Positions 1 through 11,941 of a stretch of 64,000 nt of DNA are shown piece by piece. Source of the stretch: Octopus vulgaris (Eukaryota). The notes beneath the pieces were generated by a model. That model saw only the letters and a program-made list of their open reading frames with translations, had not been told where the DNA came from and did not search any database. The stretch is from assembly GCA_951406725.2 (NCBI GenBank), contig OX597819.1, positions 90,892,001 to 90,956,000 on the forward strand. The letters are read 5' to 3'. Every line of letters starts with the position of its first letter. Within the stretch, counting starts at the first letter, position 1. The position numbers and the translations under genes are program-made.

Positions 1-443
1 TATGTTGGTTTGTATATATTGATACCTGTTATATGTGTGTGTATGTAATTATGTATATACAATCACTCATATATATATGTGTATGAATACCTATTTATAA
101 ATTGAATAATAGAACACACATACATGTGTATACATATGTATATATATGTGTGTATGTGTGCGTGTGTATGTGTGTACATGTATTGTTACACGGATGTATA
201 TATGTGTATGATGTATTCATGTATATACATGTATATACGTAACTTTGGTACATCGGTATGATACCATCCTATTTATAGAATAACGAAAATGGCAATATAG
301 TTTGGCCATATCATTTCAGAAGTCATTAATGATTTAAGCAAAATTATTCCAATTGGTAATAGAAATAATGTCAGAGACTTGAGTTGTGGAGAGCTGAAAG
401 CTATAAATATACACAAAATTGACATGTTAATAGTTGTGTTCAA

Positions 444-503
<60 letters not shown>

Positions 504-534
504 CTGTGTGTGTGTGTATTTATACTTAGATAAG

Positions 535-900
535 TTTCAGCCAGATTGGCCCAGGCCGTATCTAACTTAATAGCTCCACTTGGAAAGGACATTTAATGAT
601 GCCTCATATTAATCATTCTTTAGGCATGACAGCCCATTCAAGTAAAGAGTTATTGTTGCCGAGATATATCCGGAGATAGGCGGTTTATCTGGAATTTGTT
701 AGAGATATATGTCCAGGAACTGCTTAAATATTAAGGGATATTTTCCTTCTATTATGTGTCTTAGTATGATGTTAGTGGGAGTAGGTCCGGTTGAGGAGAA
801 ATAGTTCTGTTTTAGTGTTGCAATGTGATGCGAAAATGATTTTTGTAGAGGATGGACAGCATAGAAACCAAGCCTCAGGTGAATTTTTACATGAATGCCG
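535..900 (-). mobile_element. Degenerate 3' end of a non-LTR retrotransposon (CR1/L2/Crack-like group)
   Basis: Minus-strand translation FKQFLDIYL*QIPDKPPISGY...NNSLLEW resembles the FK..LD.FL..IPD.P...GY...NSL C-terminus of LINE ORF2. It ends in GGCCAATCTGGCTGAAAC. Stop codon and frameshift present. Confidence 0.45.
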
Positions 901-1476
901 ACATCATTTGGGCAGTGCTGTTGGAATATTTTCCCTCTCCTATAAATGATATAGTGCTGTTGGAGATGTTGGAGGGAATAAAGACTGAGTTATTCAAGAC
1001 AGTCCCAACAAACAAGACCTGTCATGCTATCTATTTTCCTTGTGATTGATCACTGGATGATCTCTTTTATCTTATATTTATCTTGTAAACAAATAATACA
1101 ATATTACAAGCATTTTATAAGCATTTTATAATGTTTCTTTCTTTTCTGGAAACTTGCTGCGTATTGGCAGCTGATGGCTCATGGACTGGCACCAGTCCAT
1201 GGACCACTACTTTGAGTAGCACTGATTTAGATGACAGTTTATTCCTTGCACCCTCTCTTTCTCTCTCTCTCTCTTTTTCTCTCTCTCTCTCTTTCTCTCT
1301 CTCTCTCCCTATATATGTATATATAATTGTTAAAGAAGACAACAAACACTAAGGAAAGACAAACATCTCGAGTCATATATGCTATTATTATTGGAATTCC
1401 AATAACAATAACATGTAAATGTACAGACACACACAAGCACGAACACACATTTACATGTATATGTACACACACACAA

Positions 1477-1515
<39 letters not shown>

Positions 1516-1548
1516 TAAGAAAGTTTGTTTGGTAAAGCACGTGGGTGA

Positions 1549-2527
1549 ATATATAAGAAAATAGTAAAGTGTGAAAAAACGACAGAAGGCTTAAATGTTA
1601 AAAAATATATATATTTGTGTCAAAATGTCTGGAGAATATTGGAAAAATTTTTTTCCTTTCCTTAAAATGACATAATTTTAAAATTTTTAAAGAAATTACC
1701 GGTTTCGCGTGTAGCTTTTCAAATTTCTTGTGACGTTATGTTTATATTGCATGGAATTATCGTTGTTTTTATTTCCAGGAGATTTCTAAATAAGGGGAGG
1801 TAGTGAGTGATTTTTTCCGGTGTAGGGGAGATAATCGCTTAAAAATTTTTTTCCCATTTCCTTGTTAATTTCTCTGTGTCAGTATGTTCGGATGGTTGAG
1901 TCTGGGTTTGTACTTTTCAATGAAGAATGTTTCCTTGTTCAGTCTCATTTGTGTTGATGATCCGAAAGCACATTGGTAAAATGGGAAGATTAAAAATTGT
2001 GGCAGTAGTTGCTTTGCGCATTTCTCAATGTGCTCACTAAAAGGTATCATTCTATATTCTGGGAATGCAATCTGTTGTCGATGCAGTGTGCATCTGCGCC
2101 TGAGTGATAGTCCTGTGGAACCCACGTAGTCTTGGTGGCAGCCCGAGCATTTAATAACATAAATTATGTTTTCAGAGGCACAAGTAAAGTTAGATTTGAT
2201 CTTAAATTTCTGTCCTTCTTTAAAGAAGAATTCTGATCCTTCCAATAGGTTAGGACATGTTGCACAGTTCGATCTACCACATTTTTTTACTTTTGCATCC
2301 GTAATTTTAGAAGACAATTTTGCCTTTGTGAGAATCTTTTTAAGTGATTTAGGCTGTTTGTAGCTTTTAATGATTTGGTGTATGTTTAGAATTTCCTTTA
2401 ATTTTGGGTTTTTATGAAGTATTGGTAAATTCTGGGTGATGATGGTGAAGGCTTCTTTGTTTCTGGGGTTGTATGTAGATATGTAAGGTAGTATTTTCGG
2501 GGAAGGTGTGTTGTTGTGTTGAACTTT
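1549..2527 (-). repeat. Inverted pseudo-LTR (copy of the endonuclease region and 3' UTR of the Penelope element)
   Basis: ORF 1865..2812(-) shares an identical C-terminus (from KVQHNNTPSP onward) with ORF 3569..4819(+). The junction is at GAACTTT 2521-2527. Confidence 0.95.
1690..1729 (-). ncRNA. Second copy of the minimal hammerhead, in the inverted pseudo-LTR
   Basis: Exact reverse complement of 4956-4995. Confidence 0.8.
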
Positions 2528-4819
2528 GGAACCTAGTAATAAGGAAAAACCGAAGATAATCAATCTTTCAACCAAACCTCTTTCTAACATAAAAATTGAC
2601 ATCCTCGCAAAAGGGCTCAAATTTACACCAACTCCACGCAGAGCAAACCTAAATGAACTCAAGGATAATATAACAGAATTTTGCAGAAAATTAAGACTAG
2701 CAGAAGCATCAAACAGTTTCAATACTGAAGATGAATCACTTGTCAAGAACAAAAGTGAACACATCCCACACAGAGGAAGAAATAAAGATCTTGACGAATT
2801 CTGTAACCACATTGAGAACTTCCCCTACCATACTATACATAAACAGAAAGCTAACCCAAATTTTAACAATACACAATGGAAAGAACTGATAGAACTCCAA
2901 AATGATGAAGATATAACCATTAAGGAAGCGGATAAGGGAAATGCAGTTGTAATAATGGATACATCATACTACAGAAATCTTGTAATTTCCTTGCTTGATG
3001 AAGACCTACATTATGAAAAAATTACCAACTACACCCCACAAAAAATAATGAAAACTCTATCTTCACTAATTAAAACCCATGAAAAGGAACTGACAACCAA
3101 AGAGATTGATTTCCTAACAAACTTTAAATGCAAACCTAGCCTTTTCTATGGTCTGCCAAAAATTCATAAAAGTCAAATTATAAATGAAACCATTAAAAAA
3201 TCACCAAAGACATACATACACACACCTAATCCGGGGGACCTAAAACTACGACCCATTGTAGCTGGCCCAACCTGTGAAACACACAGACTAAGTCTACTTA
3301 TGGACATCCTCTTGAAACCCTTCCTTAAACATATCGATAGCCATATCAGAGATGACTTAGATATGTTAAACCACCTTCCAAAAAAAACCAAGGAAGAAAC
3401 AATCCTGGTTTCATTTGATGTAGTCAACTTGTATACCAGTATACCTCATAATTATGGACTGGAGGCAATACAATTCTGGTTAGACCAATTTCCGGAAGAA
3501 ATACCAAAAGGATCAGTAAGGAATTCATTACTAAATCAATTGAATTCATCCTACACAATAACCACTTCATGTTTGACAATACATTTTACCGTCAAAAATC
3601 CGGAATTGCTATGGGTACAAGGGCAGCACCAGTCATTGCGAACTTAACAATGGGATACATGGAAATAATCCTTTACCAGGAATCTCTATCAATCTTTGGA
3701 AACTCCCTCTCTCAATACATAAAAGAGAATTGGAAACGATTCCTAGACGATTGTTTCATTCTCTGGAATGAAAACATAGATAAACTCCTAAAATTTAAAA
3801 ACCTATTGAACAGCATAAACCCAAATATACAGTTCACAATGGAATACAACCAAAAGGAGCTCCCGTTCTTGGATATACTAATTAAAAGAATTAACCTTAA
3901 AATAGAAACAGACATTTTTTACAAAGCCACAGACGCCAAACAATACCTTCTTTTTAATTCATGCCACCCAAGACACACTAAAACAAACATCCCCTTCAAC
4001 CTTGCAAGAAGGATATGCACAATAGTGTCAGAACAAAATACCAGGAACTTTAGACTGCAAGAACTCAAAAACACCCTAATTGACAGACATTACCCAGCTC
4101 AACTCATAGAGGATGGGATCAGACGTGCAACAGAAATCAACATAGAAACTTTAAGAAAAGTTCAACACAACAACACACCTTCCCCGAAAATACTACCTTA
4201 CATATCTACATACAACCCCAGAAACAAAGAAGCCTTCACCATCATCACCCAGAATTTACCAATACTTCATAAAAACCCAAAATTAAAGGAAATTCTAAAC
4301 ATACACCAAATCATTAAAAGCTACAAACAGCCTAAATCACTTAAAAAGATTCTCACAAAGGCAAAATTGTCTTCTAAAATTACGGATGCAAAAGTAAAAA
4401 AATGTGGTAGATCGAACTGTGCAACATGTCCTAACCTATTGGAAGGATCAGAATTCTTCTTTAAAGAAGGACAGAAATTTAAGATCAAATCTAACTTTAC
4501 TTGTGCCTCTGAAAACATAATTTATGTTATTAAATGCTCGGGCTGCCACCAAGACTACGTGGGTTCCACGGGACTATCACTCAGGCGCAGATGCACACTG
4601 CATCGACAACAGATTGCATTCCCAGAATATAGAATGATACCTTTTAGTGAGCACATTGAGAAATGCGCAAAGCAACTACTGCCACAATTTTTAATCTTCC
4701 CATTTTACCAATGTGCTTTCGGATCATCAACACAAATGAGACTGAACAAGGAAACATTCTTCATTGAAAAGTACAAACCCAGACTCAACCATCCGAACAT
4801 ACTGACACAGAGAAATTAA
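2526..4819 (+). pseudogene. Penelope-like reverse transcriptase / GIY-YIG endonuclease ORF split by one frameshift near 3505-3510
   Basis: N-terminal IINLS..L.KGLKF.P; DKG motif; FYGLPKIHK; RPIV; SFDVVNLYTSIP; GIAMGTRAAP; RFLDD; Cys linker CGRSNCATC (Neptune-type); IIYVIKC..C...YVGST GIY-YIG. Adding one A in the run at CCAAAAGG joins ORFs 2526..3647 and 3569..4819. Confidence 0.9.
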
Positions 4820-4955
4820 CAAGGAAATGGGAAAAAAATTTTTTAAGCGATTATCTCCCCTACACCGGAAAAAATCACTCACTACCTCCCCTTATTTAGA
4901 AATCTCCTGGAAATAAAAACAACGATAATTCCATGCAATATAAACATAACGTCAC

Positions 4956-4995
4956 AAGAAATTTGAAAAGCTACACGCGAAACCGGTAATTTCTT
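4956..4995 (+). ncRNA. Minimal type-I hammerhead ribozyme (U3-A8 core variant) in the Penelope 3' UTR
   Basis: AAGAAAT [stem I] TTGAAAA [core] GC-tacac-GC [stem II] GAAA CCGG [palindromic stem III] TA ATTTCTT [stem I complement, 7 bp perfect]. Confidence 0.8.
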
Positions 4996-5127
4996 TAAAA
5001 ATTTTAAAATTATGTCATTTTAAGGAAAGGAAAAAAATTTTTCCAATATTCTCCAGACATTTTGACACAAATATATATATTTTTTAACATTTAAGCCTTC
5101 TGTCGTTTTTTCACACTTTACTATTTT

Positions 5128-5176
<49 letters not shown>

Positions 5177-5408
5177 GCATATATATATATACACACACAC
5201 ACACACATACATACACATATATATACACATATGTATATAAATATATATATGTATATGTTGGTGTGTGTGTAGGAGTGTCTTTGTGTTGCTTCCACACTAC
5301 TGCTTGACAATTGGTGTTGGTTTGTTTCTGTCTTTGAAACTTAGTGGCTCACTAAAATATATTGATGGAATAAGTACTCGCCATGAAAATTAGCATTGGT
5401 GCCACTAT

Positions 5409-5830
5409 AGGTGCAGGAGTGGCTGTGTGGTAAGTAGCTTGCTTAACAACCACATGGATCCGGATTTAGTCCCATTGTGTGGCACTTTGGGCAAGTGCCT
5501 TCTACTATAGCCTCAGGCCGACCAAAGCCTTTTGAGTGGATTTGGTAGATGGAAACTGAAAGAAGCCCATCGTATATATGTATATGTATATATATATGTA
5601 TGTGTGTGCATATATTTGTGTGTCTGTGTTTGTCCCTTCCCCTTAACATTGCTTGACAATCGATGCTGGTGTGCTTACGTCCCCATAACTTAGTGGTTCA
5701 GCAAAAGAGTGATAGAATGAGTACTAGGCTTACAAAGAATAAGTCCTGGGGTCGATTTGCTTGACTAAAGGTGGTGATCTAGCATGGCCACAGTCAAATG
5801 ACTGAAACAAATAAAAGAGTAAAAGAGTAA
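5409..5830 (+). mobile_element. tRNA-headed SINE family A (CORE-like, octopus OR-type). Further copies near 6360-6760(-), 10390-10760(-), 13575-13800(+), 19661-20170(+), 25070-25297(-), 27357-27740(+), 33079-33535(+), 34320-34475(-), 49030-49670(-), 51555-51735(+), 53190-53570(-), 55970-56115(+), 60160-60540(+)
   Basis: Head GGYGCAGGAGTGGCTGTGTGGTAAG...GGTTCAGTCCC with A/B boxes; CORE-like CCTTGGGCAAGTG; internal (TA/TG)n; tail CCAGCATGGCC..AGTCAAATGACTGAAACAAGTAAAAGA. Many diverged copies in the window. Confidence 0.8.
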
Positions 5831-6299
5831 AAGAATTTACTTGATCAAACACTCCAAAGTACTGCTCCAGAATGGTCACAGTCCAATGACCAAAACAGGT
5901 AAATGATAAAAAGATATTAAGTTGCACCAAAAGGTAAGGTTGAACTCAGCATTATAAACTAAGGAGACAATTGTTTACTTCACTGTGTTTTTGTTATGTT
6001 TTTGTAAGCAAGTGGGTTGAACTGGGTCACTTGACAATTTAATATCTCTGCCTTAGGACATAACAGAGTGTGGATGACAGGATGTGAGCTAGAGACCTTT
6101 GTTGTTAGTCCACTCAGCTCCTGTTGACTCTTCCTCACATGCACACACTCATACACACATGTTTGTGCACACAATTTTATGTGAAGAAATACCTTGCCAT
6201 TGTATAAAACTTTGTATTATATAATCTATGTATCTATCACTCTTTCATTCACTTCCTCTCTCTGTGTATATGTGTGTGTATGTGTGTGTGTGAGTGTGG

Positions 6300-6339
<40 letters not shown>

Positions 6340-6776
6340 ATGTGTGTATGTATGTGTGTGTATATATTCTTGTTTATTCTTATTTGTTTCAGTCATTTGA
6401 CTGCAGCCATGTTGGTGCATCGCCTTTAGTCAACAAATAATCAACCCCAAGACTTATTCTTTGTAAGCCTAGTACTTATTCTATAAATCTCTTTTGCCAA
6501 ACAACTAAGTTATGGGGACATAAACACACCAGCATCGGTTGTCAAGCAATGTTGTGGGGGACAAACACAGACACACATACCTATATATCTATATATATAT
6601 ATGACGAGCTTCTTTCAAATTCTGTCTACCAAATCCACTCACAAGGCTTTGGCTGGCCTGAGGCTATAGCAGAAGACACTTCCCCAAGGTACCACGTAGT
6701 GGGACTGAACCTGGAACCATGTGGCTGGTAAGCAAGCTAGTTACCACAGAGCCACTCCTGTATATATACATATACC

Positions 6777-7250
6777 TGCCTGTGTTCGGATTGTCCTCGC
6801 ACAGGGGCCATCTGGACTTCCATCTTCTCTGTGAACAGAAATTAATCTTCTCTCTTTGCTTCTTTGCACCACATGGACTCAACTCTACTCTCTTCTCCAT
6901 CTAACCCCCTCCTCTCCTCTCTTCCTCTCACTCCTACTTTTTACCTTCACTCCCACCCACCTCTCCTCTCCTCTCTTGCTCTGACATCTCCTCTCCTCTC
7001 TTGCTCTGACATCTACTTCCTCTCTTCACTCCTACCCACCTTCTCTCTTCCACCCTCTTCCTTCATCGTCACCCCCTTCATTGTTACCCTATCCTCACCC
7101 CAACCCACACTCCGCCCTGTTGAAGAGCATAGGCTCGAAACGTAAAAGATTTTCTCAACTCCTGCGAGTTAAACTAATACATCTGTTTGTTGTTTACACA
7201 ACTGTCTTCGTCTTTTGCTTTGTTTGGTTTTGTTTTTGTAAATTCCAACT
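6777..7250 (+). mobile_element. 3' fragment of a second Penelope-like family (GIY-YIG C-terminus, 3' UTR, hammerhead-like motif)
   Basis: Translation ...CEQKLIFSLCFFAPHGLN resembles the E..LI..L....P.GLN end of PLE endonucleases. Hammerhead-like core at 7117-7148. The 3' end TTTTGTAAATTCCAACT is shared with the ends at 8735-8755 and 50245-50270. Confidence 0.6.
7113..7148 (+). ncRNA. Hammerhead-like motif, CUGUUGA+A variant (stem I degenerate in this copy)
   Basis: CTGTTGA A GAGC-atag-GCTC GAAA CG TA AAAG. Confidence 0.55.
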
Positions 7251-7333
7251 GTCTTTCAAAATGTGACTTCGTGTGTACCGTTGGCGATTTTTTTTCCTCT
7301 GTCTTCCCTTCTCTGGATCTTTCCTTCTCCTAT

Positions 7334-7368
7334 GTTTCCGCCGAAGAGCTCCGCTCGAAACGTTAAAC
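7334..7368 (+). ncRNA. Hammerhead-like motif, CCGCCGA+A variant, in a third PLE-like 3' end (about 7255-7468)
   Basis: GTTT CCGCCGA A GAGC-tcc-GCTC GAAA CG TT AAAC. Stems I and II are perfect. The element runs into (TA)n at about 7467. Confidence 0.6.
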
Positions 7369-7486
7369 CCTCCTTCTTTTCTTCTTTCCTGAGCATCCAA
7401 TAATACTATATTTGTTCCACGTCCTCGCGTTGTTGTGTTTTTTTGTGCTTTCTTGTTTGGATTAACTATATATATATATATATCTA

Positions 7487-7566
<80 letters not shown>

Positions 7567-8286
7567 CAGAGTGTAATGAATAAACTGTAGTTAAAATTAT
7601 GCAAAAATGAAAATAACACTAACATATCATTTCTCATTTTAACAGATATATTTACCAAAATTATATTAAAATATTTTCAAATTCTAAAGAGTAAATATTA
7701 TTAATGCAACTCTTCTGGGTGTTTAAGTTGGTGAATGCTGCCATAAATCTTGCCTTCAGTTCATCTTTGGTGTTACTAGGAGTTTTGCTGGTCTTGCACT
7801 CAACTGTATCCCACATATAATAATCAAGCGAGTTGTAGTCTGGGATATTAGGGGTGATGTGGTTGCAGAAATTGTCTGACAGCCATGACTGTTCTCCTGC
7901 TTCTGTGACGTGGTTCAGAGTCTTGTTGACAGACATAGAGTCTTCTAGCAGCTACCCTTTTCACCCGGGGTTACACTACCTCCTCCAAGTACTTGATGTT
8001 GAGTGTGAGGCTGTGTGGTAAGATGAATGGAGGCATAACATCGCCATCACTATTGATCACTCAAACACTCTGAAATGTTCGTATTGGAGCTTCTGGCATG
8101 AATGCCAAGCAGTGCAACATGTTATTCCCAAATTTCTGGCAGTGAATTGTGTCATGGTACTGTTTTTCTCACAGATGGTGCCCAACTGACCCTACTTTAC
8201 TGTGTAGTTGACAAAATCAAAGAGAAACAATGCACATGTGTAAAATTAAAAGTATAAAATGGCGGCAATTAACTCATCACATCCTG
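7567..8286 (-). mobile_element. Degenerate, internally deleted Tc1/mariner-superfamily (maT-like) DNA transposon
   Basis: TA-flanked termini CAGAGTGTAATGAATAAACTG and CAGGATGTGATGAGTTAATTG. Transposase remnant PDYNSLDYYMWDTVE (cf. SPDLNPLD motif). Confidence 0.6.
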
Positions 8287-8288
8287 TA

Positions 8289-8329
<41 letters not shown>

Positions 8330-8559
8330 AAAAGATGAAGACAGGCGTGAGATCATTACTGAAGGCACTCAAAGGCTTTTATAATACATGTATATGTATA
8401 TACATGTATTATATATATATATATATATATATAAACGATGATGATGATGATGATATATATCTATATATATATATATATAATACATGTATATACATATACA
8501 TGTATTATAAAAGCCTTTGAGTGCCTTCAGTAATGATCCCACGCCCGTCTTCATCTTTT

Positions 8560-8631
<72 letters not shown>

Positions 8632-8692
8632 GATGTGATGAGTTAATTGCCGCCATTTTATACTTTTAATTTTGCACATGTGCATTGTTTCT
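8223..8692. repeat. Large imperfect palindrome (inverted duplication)
   Basis: 8223-8290 is the reverse complement of about 8626-8692, and about 8325-8430 of about 8465-8565. The centre is a (GAT)n run near 8436-8455. Confidence 0.85.
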
Positions 8693-8754
8693 TTGAGTGC
8701 CTTCAGTAATGATCCCACGCCTGTTTTCATCTTTTGTTTTCTGTAAATTTGAAC

Positions 8755-8779
<25 letters not shown>

Positions 8780-8786
<7 letters not shown>

Positions 8787-9706
8787 ATACACTACATATG
8801 TGGGAATCTGTGGGTGTGTTTGTTTGTGGCACTGTTATCTAACTCCTCCTACATCGTTTTATCGATTTTGATGCAACTTGACACGTGAGTAGAACTCATG
8901 TCTGGAAAACTAGTGACATATTTAGATTGTTGAAAAAAATTAATAATAGGGCCCCTGGAAAGGATTCTTATATCTACTACAGATAACTAATATATTAATT
9001 TTAAACATTCAAGGAAATAGCCTTTTCACTCCTGAAAGGGATCCTTATATATAGCCAAGGGAAATAACCCATTCATGTTTGTAAATTATTTCATATAAAT
9101 TAAATTGAGTAAGCTTATTTCTTAGTATTTGAGTTATTTCCGCAATTTATCCAGTACAACTTTTAAACAAGTAAATAGTATTTTCCTAAACAATAGATCC
9201 ACCTATTTCAGTTAGTGACTTACTCACATATATACCAACACTAGTGCCGCTGAGGGTAGGTAATATTCTATGCAAATGCACAAAAGCTTTTTCAGAGTTA
9301 TATACTTTGAATTGTTATTATCTTATATCTTATTAGCCTGTTATTACGTAACATGCTTCATGACTTTAGTACACATACCTTATTAGTATTTCCTCATAAG
9401 TTCTATATACTCTACAAACACATCAAAGCCCTTTTCGGGGCTACTTTATTTGAATTCTTACTATTGGGTAATTAATTTCATGTTATTACATAACTGAATT
9501 CCCAATTTGTGTATTGATGACTTATTGGGAATTCCTAAAAACAAGATCCTGTGTAAGACATTTCGGTATTCTCAATAAATGCACAAAAACCATTTTAAGG
9601 GCTACATACTTTGTATTGTTGTTACTGGATTAGTGAAACAATTATGAGAACAGAACCAAGGAATAAGCCCCACTTTTCCAGGAATTACTGGGTATGTCAG
9701 CTAGTA
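8780..9706 (+). mobile_element. Non-autonomous Helitron/Helentron-like element
   Basis: 5' (TGTT)n microsatellite followed by AACTCCTCCTAC...ATCGATTTTGATGCAACTTGAC; 3' end GGGTATGTCAGCTAGT (CTAG-type terminus). Confidence 0.4.
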
Positions 9707-10322
9707 TATATATATATATATCCATATATATATATATGAATATATATCAAGGGCAAGCGAATACGTATACAAGTTGCCAACATGCTAGAAAAAGATGCTA
9801 ATGTCTAAAATCTATCTTAAGATATCACCATAAAGTATAAACACGTCTGTACTCAAGCAAATAAATGAACAGATTCATGATACGGTTCAATTACATATCA
9901 ATTGATTTTGAGATTAAGGGATAATCCCTTTTTCTGTTATCAGTGTAATATAACCCAATCAATGCATATAAATACAACAAAATACATACCCATGAAACAG
10001 AACGGCTATTTTATTTAATTTGATTTTCGCGGGAAGGATTGTTTCATTAAAGTCATGTATCGCCTTGACCTTCGAAACGTGGAGTAGATGAAACAAAGGC
10101 GACTGAAGAAGGGGAATTTTCCTTGTTTGTATGTCCTGTACTCTATTTTTTCGTTGTTTAAGAAAAATGTCCATTTCCTTGGTTTTGTATTTATGTTTTT
10201 GTTTCTCATTGTGTTCGACGTTTTTTTGGTGTCCTGTACCCATATATGCATGTATATATACATGTAGAGGTAGGTGCGTACATATATGTATTTATATATG
10301 CATATGTTTTATTTATTTATTA

Positions 10323-10392
<70 letters not shown>

Positions 10393-10791
10393 CTTCTGTC
10401 ATTGACTTATTTCAGTCACTGGGCTGTGGCCAAGCTGGGACATTGCCTTGGAAGTTCAGTCAAGCAAATCAACCTAGTGCTTGTTGTTTTAAAGCCTAGT
10501 ACTGATTCGATTGATCTCTTTTCACTAAAACATTAATTTAGGGACACATAAAGAAACAAACAGCATTTGTAAGGCAGTGGTGGAGGACAAACACAAATGT
10601 AAAGACACACACACACACACATACACACACATACACGATGTGCTTGTTTTAGTTTCTGTATATCAAATCCATTCAGTGGTCAGGAGTGTAGTAGAAAACA
10701 CTTGCCCAAGGTGCCATGCAGTGGCAATGAACCCAGAATCATGCAGTTAGGAAGCAAATTTATGCATGTACGTGTGTGCCTGCATGTGTGT

Positions 10792-10840
<49 letters not shown>

Positions 10841-10930
10841 CACACACATATATATGTGTATATATTTGCCATAATAGATTGCTAGCCACTGCACATTCTT
10901 CATTTTCTCTCCTCGTTTCTTTCTGTGTTC

Positions 10931-10966
10931 CTTTCTGTGGAAGAGCGTAGGCTCGAAATGTTAAAG
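10931..10966 (+). ncRNA. Hammerhead-like motif, CUGUGGA+A variant, in a short (TA)n-flanked PLE-derived repeat
   Basis: CTTT CTGTGGA A GAGC-gtag-GCTC GAAA TG TT AAAG. Same family as the 7113 and 50140 motifs. Confidence 0.55.
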
Positions 10967-10991
10967 ACTTTTTCACTTCCCAAGCTTTATA

Positions 10992-11048
<57 letters not shown>

Positions 11049-11049
11049 G

Positions 11050-11156
<107 letters not shown>

Positions 11157-11869
11157 TACACACACATACATGCATACACACACATATATATGTGTATGTG
11201 TGTGTGTGTGATACCAGGTTCACTCATCTCTGCCATTTTTAAAGTTTAGTGGATGTAGAACACATCACATCTTCAAATGTATGGAGTTAGAGGGAAGAGA
11301 ATTTAAAATAATTTAACAATAGCTTCTTGGTTAACTCTGGTCATTTGGAATATTTGAGACCTCCATTGGTCAGTTCATGTTTTGTTGGCTATACAGCTAC
11401 AGTGACTCATTCATTTTTATGTTCCACGTGGTAGAGCAAATAGTATGTTGGTGTCAGGTAGTTGTTGTTTCGTATGGTTTGGTATTTCAGAAACTGCAGC
11501 TACCATGTCGCAAGAGAACATGCTTTGCCAAGAAGGTGACCTGACCTGACTAGCTGAAGCCCAAACATTCTCACCTACGAGCCATTTAAGTACTTTTGAA
11601 GATTCTCTTCAGTCTGATTGTGTACACCTGATGATGTGGACACATTCTACTGCTAAGGAACTAATTAATATGGAGCTGAGTCAATGTTATTAAATACTTA
11701 CAGCTGCTATTTTCTTCCATTTGTCGATCCACTCATCATCATCATCATCATCATCATCACCAATATCTGTTTTCTATGCTGATACAGGTTGGATAGCTTG
11801 ACAGGATCTGACAAGCCACAAGTCTGTACTGAGCTCCAGTGACAGCTTTAGTATGTCTTCTATGGGTAG

Positions 11870-11941
<72 letters not shown>

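Larger units (their letters stand above)
1549..5136 (+). mobile_element. Penelope-like retroelement (Neptune clade) with inverted 5' pseudo-LTR, inserted in a (TA)n array
   Basis: RT + GIY-YIG ORF at 2526-4819. 1549-2527 is the reverse complement of 4157-5136, with one substitution and one 1-nt indel seen by eye. (TA)n lies on both flanks. Confidence 0.93.

Noticed and set aside
1865-2812. 315-aa minus-strand ORF as an independent GIY-YIG nuclease gene
   Set aside because: It is the inverted pseudo-LTR copy fused to antisense RT sequence across the 2527 junction.
9783-9820. Possible decayed hammerhead (CTAGAAAA AGATG-ctaa-TGTCT AAAA)
   Set aside because: Needs several substitutions in both core halves, and there is no second copy to support it.
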